In this document: piece by piece, positions 57,758 through 64,000 of the stretch
Numbering within the stretch: position 1 is the stretch's first letter
Layout of the letters: the number at the start of each line of letters is the position of its first letter
From: an uncultured Candidatus Saccharibacteria bacterium
GTDB lineage: Bacteria > Patescibacteriota > Doudnabacteria > UBA920
Direction of reading: 5' to 3'
Length of the DNA: 64,000 bases
NCBI GenBank assembly: GCA_964612745.1
Contig: CAZTCH010000001.1
Coordinates: forward strand, 77,387-141,386
The notes under the pieces: generated by a model
Seen by the model: only the letters and a program-made list of their open reading frames with translations
Databases searched by the model: none
What the model was told of the DNA's origin: nothing
Translations under genes and position numbers: made by a program

Positions 57758-58678
57758 ATGAGTAAGCCTACTGACAACAACCTGTTTACGCAAAACCCCT
57801 TTGCTCGGCTATTCGGTAGTGAGGGTGAAGGTGAAGGCGGCGTCCCTGCTGGATTTCGGATTCTATTTAGCGTTGCTAGTGATGGTGGCGCTGAGGATGC
57901 GTTTGAGCCGAAAAGTGAAGAGCCCCCCAATGGTCGTTGGTATGATGCTGCGACTCGCTTGGAAGCCGATGGCATCACCAAAGGTTACAATATCAAACAA
58001 GCGATTGATATGGCTTTTGGCCAAGAAATATTTAACGCTATTCGTGCGCAGTGGAAAAATGCTTCAGATGGAACTGATTGGATTGAATTAATTCAGCAAC
58101 GCTTGGGAGCTTTGGCATCTTCCAACGCGCACTTAGAAGCAGAAAATAAAGATCTTCGCAAAAACGTAGGTGAATTGCTTCAATACCTGTCGGAAGCAAA
58201 AGCCGACAAAGACGCAATGATTGAGCGGGTGGATGAGCTAGTTGAAATGCTCGACGAACGTGGGAAACACTACAGACGCAAGTTGGTAGTCCAACTCTTA
58301 CGGTTTGCGACAGGTCAAGAGGCAATGCCTGAACTACCTACCAAGGCACTGAAAGTAGAGAAAGAAGCGGCTCGTTTTGCTGAGGTCGCCGAGTTCTTGT
58401 CGGATAAAAATAGCGTCCCTGCTGATTTTGTTATGTCAGCCTATCTTTCGGAAACGCCTTTAGCAGACCTCTGGGTCGCTTATCAGAACATCCAAGAACC
58501 TGCTCAGGTGGTCGTTGACGAAGAGCAAGCCGTTCCCGAAGCTGGGCTGGAAACCGATGGCGCAGTCGCGGCAGAAGCAGTGCCGCAAATTGCTGAAGAA
58601 ATGCCTGTGGTTTCGGAAGAAGCACCAGCACCACCCTCGGCAAGCGAGCCGGCGGACGAAAAAGGCGACTATATTTAA
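57758..58678 (+). CDS. Hypothetical acidic coiled-coil protein
   Basis: AAGGAG SD; 306-aa ORF. Confidence 0.7.
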   Translation: MSKPTDNNLFTQNPFARLFGSEGEGEGGVPAGFRILFSVASDGGAEDAFEPKSEEPPNGRWYDAATRLEADGITKGYNIKQAIDMAFGQEIFNAIRAQWKNASDGTDWIELIQQRLGALASSNAHLEAENKDLRKNVGELLQYLSEAKADKDAMIERVDELVEMLDERGKHYRRKLVVQLLRFATGQEAMPELPTKALKVEKEAARFAEVAEFLSDKNSVPADFVMSAYLSETPLADLWVAYQNIQEPAQVVVDEEQAVPEAGLETDGAVAAEAVPQIAEEMPVVSEEAPAPPSASEPADEKGDYI

Positions 58679-58893
58679 AGTCGCAAATATCAACCTTATC
58701 AAACCCAAGAGGCGTTCGTACATTTTGTGCGAACGTCTTTTGCTTTTTCTGGAATCGATTTTTGTAAAGTATTGTTTATCTGTAACTTATCCACCGTACT
58801 CGTGCGAAATACTGCTGCGCATGCGATATACTACTAGCAGTAGAAGTTAACGTGTAAAAGTTACCTTCATTAATTGAGGGGAGGTGAATACGT

Positions 58894-59103
58894 TTGAAAT
58901 TTTTACATAAGCTTGCGTTTACCTTGTTGGTAGTAGGTGGGTTGAACTGGTTACTCCTTGGTGTCTTCTGGTGGGACATTGGTCACTTGTTTGCAGGAGA
59001 CATGATGAGCATTCCAGCTCGCGTTATTTACACAGTAGTAGGTATTGCTACTATCTATGTAGTTGCTACTCACAAATCTGACTGTAAGGCATGCGCAATG
59101 TAG
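58894..59103 (+). CDS. DUF378 family small membrane protein
   Basis: LLVVGGLNW.L.G...D....F.....R.IY.VVG; GGAGGT SD and TTG start. Confidence 0.85.
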   Translation: MKFLHKLAFTLLVVGGLNWLLLGVFWWDIGHLFAGDMMSIPARVIYTVVGIATIYVVATHKSDCKACAM

Positions 59104-59201
59104 TCGATGCAATTTCGACAGCGCCCCTGGACAAAAACAGAACTGCGATAACAAAACACTTGTAGCAATAGCCGCAAGTGTTTTGTTTTCTTTACCACTC
59201 C

Positions 59202-59248
59202 GTTACAATGGTCACCTTCGTAACGGTTACGAAGGTGACCATTGTAAC
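59202..59248. repeat. Perfect 47-bp palindrome (23-bp arms, 1-nt centre)
   Basis: GTTACAATGGTCACCTTCGTAAC-G-GTTACGAAGGTGACCATTGTAAC. Confidence 0.92.
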
Positions 59249-59339
59249 CAGTTGCAAAAAGAGCAGAAAGTTCGTATACTATGTGGAGTAAAAGAGCCCG
59301 TTTTGGGGCTTTTGTGTATTCTGAATTTAGAATCTATCT

Positions 59340-60803
59340 ATGGCAAACGAAGTTGTATTACGTTTCTCCGAAGTCACTTTTGAATACTCACACCAGCGTC
59401 ACCTGCTAGAAGAGGCGTCTTTTTCTGTGCGTTCAGGAAGCCGTATGGCACTGATGGGTCAGAATGGGGCAGGGAAGTCCACGTTGTTCAAAATGATTAC
59501 CGGTGAACTGCAACCAAACGAAGGACAGGTTATTTTAACCCCGCGCGACACCACTGTAGCGATTGCAAGGCAAGTCATGCCTGCAGAGCACATGGATTTG
59601 TCTGTACGCGATTACTTTGCGACTGCGTTTACCGAGAAGAAATACAACCTAGACAAGCTTATTGTCAACGTGTTTGCTGTGGTGAACTTGGACGTTCCTC
59701 TGGAAAAAACTATCCGAGAGTTTTCCGGTGGGCAACAGGCACGATTGCTTTTGGCGTACGCTATTATCCAAGAGCCGGACATTCTGCTGCTCGACGAGCC
59801 TACCAACAACCTAGACCAAGCAGGTATAGAACACCTGACAGGGTTTTTGATGATGTACGAAAAGACCTGTATTGTTATTTCCCACGATGCGGATTTCTTG
59901 AACGCATTTACCGATGGTGTGTTGTACTTGGATTCATTTACTAAAAAAGTAGAACAGTACACAGGGAACTACTACGACGTGGTAGAAGAAATTGGCAAAC
60001 GGATTGAGCGAGAAAACATGCAGAATGCTCGAGCAGAAGGGGAAGTTAAACGCCTCAAAGCACAAGCAGAACAATTCGCCCACAAAGGGGGAAAACTGCG
60101 TGCAGTAGCAAAGCGTATGCGTGAGTCTGCCGAAGAAGCAGAAGACACCATGGTAGATGTGCGCAAAGAAGATAAGACAATTCGCGAGTTTACTATTCCT
60201 ACACAAGAGTATCCGAACTTCTTTAATGGACAAGTAGTGCAAGTTACTTCTGTCTTTGCAGTAAAGCACGGCAAAGTGCAAGAAAAAGAAAAAGAGATTA
60301 CTGTCCGCCGTGGGAGCCATATCCTTATTTCTGGACCAAACGGTATTGGCAAGAGCACATTTTTGGACGCACTCGCACATGGTAAAGCAGCTGGCGCAAA
60401 GATTGCCGATGGCATTGTGACTGGCTACTACAAACAAGATTTCTCCATGCTCAATTTTGCGGAGACTGGCTTGGACTCGCTCCTTGGGGTTATGCAGGAA
60501 AAGGATGAGCAGTTTGCTCGCTCTGTGGCAGCAGGATTTTTGCTTGATGGAAAAGTGTTGGCAACAGATATCGGTGCTATGTCCGAAGGGCAAAAAGGTT
60601 TGCTTGCGTTCTGCCGACTGGTGTTAATGAAACCAGGGTTGCTAATATTGGACGAGCCGACCAACCATATTAACTTCCGCCACTTACCGGTAATCGCCAA
60701 AGCGCTGGATGAATTCGAAGGCGCGCTGATAATGGTGTCCCATATTCCTGATTTCGTGTCGCAGATTCGCATAGACGAAGTAGTAGATTTGAGTACCATA
60801 TAA
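59340..60803 (+). CDS. ABC-F family ATPase
   Basis: Two NBDs (GQNGAGKST/FSGGQ/LDEPTNNLD and GPNGIGKST/MSEGQ/LDEPTNH); no TM domain. Confidence 0.92.
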   Translation: MANEVVLRFSEVTFEYSHQRHLLEEASFSVRSGSRMALMGQNGAGKSTLFKMITGELQPNEGQVILTPRDTTVAIARQVMPAEHMDLSVRDYFATAFTEKKYNLDKLIVNVFAVVNLDVPLEKTIREFSGGQQARLLLAYAIIQEPDILLLDEPTNNLDQAGIEHLTGFLMMYEKTCIVISHDADFLNAFTDGVLYLDSFTKKVEQYTGNYYDVVEEIGKRIERENMQNARAEGEVKRLKAQAEQFAHKGGKLRAVAKRMRESAEEAEDTMVDVRKEDKTIREFTIPTQEYPNFFNGQVVQVTSVFAVKHGKVQEKEKEITVRRGSHILISGPNGIGKSTFLDALAHGKAAGAKIADGIVTGYYKQDFSMLNFAETGLDSLLGVMQEKDEQFARSVAAGFLLDGKVLATDIGAMSEGQKGLLAFCRLVLMKPGLLILDEPTNHINFRHLPVIAKALDEFEGALIMVSHIPDFVSQIRIDEVVDLSTI

Positions 60804-60895
60804 GAGAGAGTAGAGAATAGAGAATAGGGTATACAAAAAGACCGCTTAAGCGGTCTTTTTGTTTTACTACAACCTAGCTCCTAATTCCTAGCTCC
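60802..60895 (+). repeat. TAGAGAR array, terminator-like palindrome (60835-60860) and CCTARYT array
   Basis: AAAAAGACCGCTTAAGCGGTCTTTTT flanked by 7-mer arrays. Confidence 0.8.
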
Positions 60896-60964
60896 TTTTT
60901 TCTTGTGTATACTGAACGTACTTGTAGGATCAAAAATAAGGCACACTCAAAGAAAGGAGGAGTT

Positions 60965-61117
60965 ATGTCTGAACTAGTAATCATTCGACCAATCGACATG
61001 GAGCGAGCCGGTAGAGAGTTACTGGCAGGGCTTGAAGCTTTGGAGTTGTCTCTGGCTGAGCAGGAAGTAACAAAATTGGTTAGCACAAAGCTGACTTTGT
61101 ATCGCTTTACTGTGTAG
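60965..61117 (+). CDS. Small hypothetical protein (50 aa)
   Basis: AAGGAGGAG SD before the ATG at 60965. Confidence 0.5.
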   Translation: MSELVIIRPIDMERAGRELLAGLEALELSLAEQEVTKLVSTKLTLYRFTV

Positions 61118-61189
61118 TAAGGCACTCTCTGTTTTGGGGAAGAGATTCCCCATTTTTTTATGTTATACTAAGGTAGACGAGAGTACACC

Positions 61190-61272
61190 CTAAACACATA
61201 TAAACATAGAGCATGTAAGCATTTAAGCAAGGAAAAGAAACTTATGTTTAGATGTTTATATGATTCAATGTT
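61190..61272. repeat. Inverted 8-mer arrays (CATATAAA/CATGTAAG versus TTTAGATG/TTTATATG) upstream of rarA
   Basis: Same family as 8426-8469 and 20528-20557. Confidence 0.75.
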
Positions 61273-61275
61273 AAA

Positions 61276-62493
61276 ATGACTCCTATGCAGCCTCTTGCAG
61301 CACGGCTCCGGCCAAACAATTTAGATGAGTATGTAGGCCAAGAACACTTGGTCGCTTTGGGTAAGCCGTTGCGCATGGCAATAGAGCAGAAGCATTTGTT
61401 TAGTTTTATTCTTTGGGGGCCACCAGGGGTGGGTAAGACTACCTTGGCGCGCATATATGCACAGGCGCTCGGTGCAGAATTCTACGAGCTCTCTGCAGTC
61501 TCTGCCGGCAAAGAAGATATAAGAAAAATTGTAGAGCCATCCAAATCTACGAATGAGACGAATCTACAGATACCTACAAATAAATCCCAAATACTTTTTT
61601 TAGATGAAATCCACCGCTTTAACAAAGCACAGCAAGATTTTTTGCTGCCATATGTAGAAAGTGGAAAGCTGACTTTAATTGGTGCGACTACAGAAAATCC
61701 GAGCTTCGAAGTTATCCCTGCACTCCTGTCCCGTTGCAGAGTATTTACCTTAAAGGAGCTTACGGAAAGCCAGATGCGCGAAGTTATTACTCGTGCGCTT
61801 GCATCACTGCAAACTGATCCCTCAGGTTCCTCCCCTAAAATAGGGGAGGGTAGGTGGGGTATGGACGAAGAAGCAATCACGTGGCTGGTATCCATGGCAA
61901 ATGGCGATGCGCGCCAAGCTTTGACCATGTTGGACAACACCGCACAGCTGTACTCAGAAATTACCATAGAGACACTGAAAGAAACATTGCAGTCGAAAAC
62001 GCTGCGCTACGACAAAGCAGGGGAAGAGCACTACAATACCATTAGCGCGTTTATTAAAAGCATGCGCGCTTCGCAGCCAGATGCAGCGCTCTACTACTTG
62101 GCGCGCATGGTGGAAGCAGGGGAAGACCCTCTGTTTATTGCCAGACGTATGGTGATTTTTGCTTCGGAGGACATTGGGCTTGCGCAACCAACTGCACTTG
62201 TTGTTGCCAACGCTGTGTTTGCAGCGTGCCAGAGTATTGGGTATCCTGAATGCGCTATTAATCTTGCGCATGGGGTGGCGTATCTTGCCCAGTGCAAAAA
62301 AGACCGCAGCGCGTACGACGGCCTGCGAGCGGCGCAAGCTGACGTAAAGAACATGGGTAACTTGCCCATTCCACTTAAGGTACGCAACGCACCCACCAAG
62401 CTTATGAAGGCAGAGGGGTATGGCAAAGGGTACGAAATGTATTCAGACGAAAGCTTTTTGCCAGAAGAATTGAACAAGCGCAAGTATTTGTAA
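61276..62493 (+). CDS. rarA: Replication-associated recombination protein A (RarA/MgsA)
   Basis: PLAARLRP, WGPPGVGKTT, DEIHRFNKAQQD, GATTENPSF, SAFIKSMR, ASEDIG. Confidence 0.96.
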   Translation: MTPMQPLAARLRPNNLDEYVGQEHLVALGKPLRMAIEQKHLFSFILWGPPGVGKTTLARIYAQALGAEFYELSAVSAGKEDIRKIVEPSKSTNETNLQIPTNKSQILFLDEIHRFNKAQQDFLLPYVESGKLTLIGATTENPSFEVIPALLSRCRVFTLKELTESQMREVITRALASLQTDPSGSSPKIGEGRWGMDEEAITWLVSMANGDARQALTMLDNTAQLYSEITIETLKETLQSKTLRYDKAGEEHYNTISAFIKSMRASQPDAALYYLARMVEAGEDPLFIARRMVIFASEDIGLAQPTALVVANAVFAACQSIGYPECAINLAHGVAYLAQCKKDRSAYDGLRAAQADVKNMGNLPIPLKVRNAPTKLMKAEGYGKGYEMYSDESFLPEELNKRKYL

Positions 62494-62498
62494 TATAT

Positions 62499-63032
62499 AT
62501 GAAAATAATTGACCTCACACAAACTATTGAAAGCGGGATGCAGGTGTACACAGGAGATCCGAAAGTCGAAATAGAGACAGTACAGTCGGGGGGCGCGGAA
62601 GGGTGGCGATTGCAGAAACTAACTCTTGGCTCGCACACTGGTTCGCATGTAGATGCGCCGTACCATATGGCGGAAGCTGGTGCGACACTCGACACGTTAC
62701 CACTCGAACGCTTTTTTGGTGATGCCGTTATTGCAAGTACGGACACAGAATTTCCCAAACATGTGGGACTCGTGTTTCGAGACGAGCAGTTGGGCGAAGA
62801 CTTGTTGCCACGATTTATTTTGGCTGGTACGCCTTTTGTGGTAGTAGGGGACAAAGCGCATATGGAGCTAGCGCTCGAACGGCAACTGCTGAGCCGAGAT
62901 ATTTTAACGTTTACTGATTTGATTAATTTGTCCGAACTGCCTTCCGAAAAGCACTTTGCGTTTTACGGTATTCCACTAAAGATAAAGAATAGTGATGGCT
63001 CACCTATACGCGCGTTTGCGATTGTGGACTAA
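62499..63032 (+). CDS. Cyclase family (kynurenine formamidase-like) protein
   Basis: HTGSHVDAPYH; DGSPIRA. Confidence 0.88.
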   Translation: MKIIDLTQTIESGMQVYTGDPKVEIETVQSGGAEGWRLQKLTLGSHTGSHVDAPYHMAEAGATLDTLPLERFFGDAVIASTDTEFPKHVGLVFRDEQLGEDLLPRFILAGTPFVVVGDKAHMELALERQLLSRDILTFTDLINLSELPSEKHFAFYGIPLKIKNSDGSPIRAFAIVD

Positions 63033-63177
63033 GTAGGCAGAAGTAGCGAGTAACTAGTAGCTAGTAACGAGAAAGAAAAGAGTCGTTACACCATAAAGAA
63101 TAATAAATAAGATACAAATCCTATTAAAAAAGCCGGCATGTGTCTCGCCGGCATTAGCTTTTCTAGAATTTTACCCA

Positions 63178-63438
63178 CTACTGAATTGATTTTACTGCTT
63201 CGCTGGCACTTACTATTAACATGTGCCATTTCTTTCCAAAAGCTTTTGTGAGAACTGGTACGATTTGTTCTTCTGTCTCAATAATATGGTCAGCAGTTGT
63301 GGCTTTGGTGGCATTCTTTGCCACCACAAGCGCAGTTGCTGTTCGGTTTTCATCAAGGCTGCATTGCACAAAGGCTTGCATATTTTTATGAGCTAAGAAG
63401 ATTGTAAAATGGTATGGTGGTAATTCCTCGTTCATCAT
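63178..63438 (-). CDS. Hypothetical protein
   Basis: AAGGAG SD upstream on the minus strand; hairpin at about 63132-63152 downstream. Confidence 0.55.
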   Translation of the reverse strand: MMNEELPPYHFTIFLAHKNMQAFVQCSLDENRTATALVVAKNATKATTADHIIETEEQIVPVLTKAFGKKWHMLIVSASEAVKSIQ

Positions 63439-63696
63439 CGCTCCTTTTGCGCCAAAGAATAGATTTGGTTCATTCCAAACGTATAAATTGACAAATTATT
63501 GTATATCTTTTACCTTAGTCTGTAAATATTTGTTTTTAGATGGTGCCCTTCTAAATATTTTGTTGTTGAATAGTATTTTGTATAGTCGTGCAGCGCTGGA
63601 CATAAATCTGGTGAGGGTGTATACCGTTTGTAAGGACAACACTAGACGAGCGTCTAGTACTATATTACTCTGTTTGCTTTAGCCAAGGAGGCTGAT

Positions 63697-63813
63697 ATGA
63701 GCTTGAAATTCACAATTGAGAGAAAACCAAGCAAGGTCTTTCCGATTGCTGTTGGTGTTGCGCTAATCGGGACTGCCCTAGTTGCGCTAGGGCATGCATT
63801 TCACTTGTTCTGA
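63697..63813 (+). CDS. Small single-TM protein (38 aa, MSLKFTIERKPSKVFPIAVGVALIGTALVALGHAFHLF)
   Basis: AAGGAGG SD; downstream hairpin GAAAGGCTTG..CAAGCCTTTTC. Confidence 0.55.
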   Translation: MSLKFTIERKPSKVFPIAVGVALIGTALVALGHAFHLF

Positions 63814-64000
63814 TTTTCTTCATTTCGAAAGGCTTGGTTGCAGTGGTGTCCATTGCAGTCAAGCCTTTTCATTTGGGTGCTTGTCTGCATTAGGAAAGCT
63901 TAACTCCCCTAACCCCTCTTTGGAAAAGAGGGGGACAAGAGAATCACATAGCAGGTGAGGGGTTTTGACAGGTTGGGCAAAAGAGAGGAAAATATGAAGG

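Overview
This window looks like a Patescibacteria/CPR chromosome segment, probably Parcubacteria-like. That is an inference from gene content: DUF4012, a stand-alone F1Fo operon with a short delta subunit, many GT2/GT39 glycosyltransferases, a PaaX-like gene and few Shine-Dalgarno sites. It uses genetic code 11. Housekeeping genes include murD, ftsW, murJ, lepA, ftsB, atpIBEFHAGDC, rplU, recR, dnaB, cysS, two adk-like kinases, map and rarA, plus tRNA-Gly(CCC) and tRNA-Thr(CGT). A surface/glycan region (about 23-44 kb) holds a GH5, a double GT2, a GT39-GH8 fusion, Ig/discoidin proteins and an Acidobacteria-type TIGR03437-like protein. The most unusual signal is non-coding. (1) A PaaX/Cas2-like gene is bracketed by two identical perfect 34-bp palindromes, and a solo palindrome of the same length and core, with compensatory changes, lies 42 kb away. 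(2) A four-helix-bundle (IVP/Avd-like) gene between dnaB and recR is bracketed by inverted 7-mer arrays that supply both stop codons. (3) About a dozen intergenic regions are mosaics of 7/8/9-mer arrays arranged as gene-less inverted pairs, with related insertions inside lepA and rarA. Together these suggest a repeat-defined small-gene cassette system with filled and empty sites. All family assignments come from motif recognition by eye, not from database searches.
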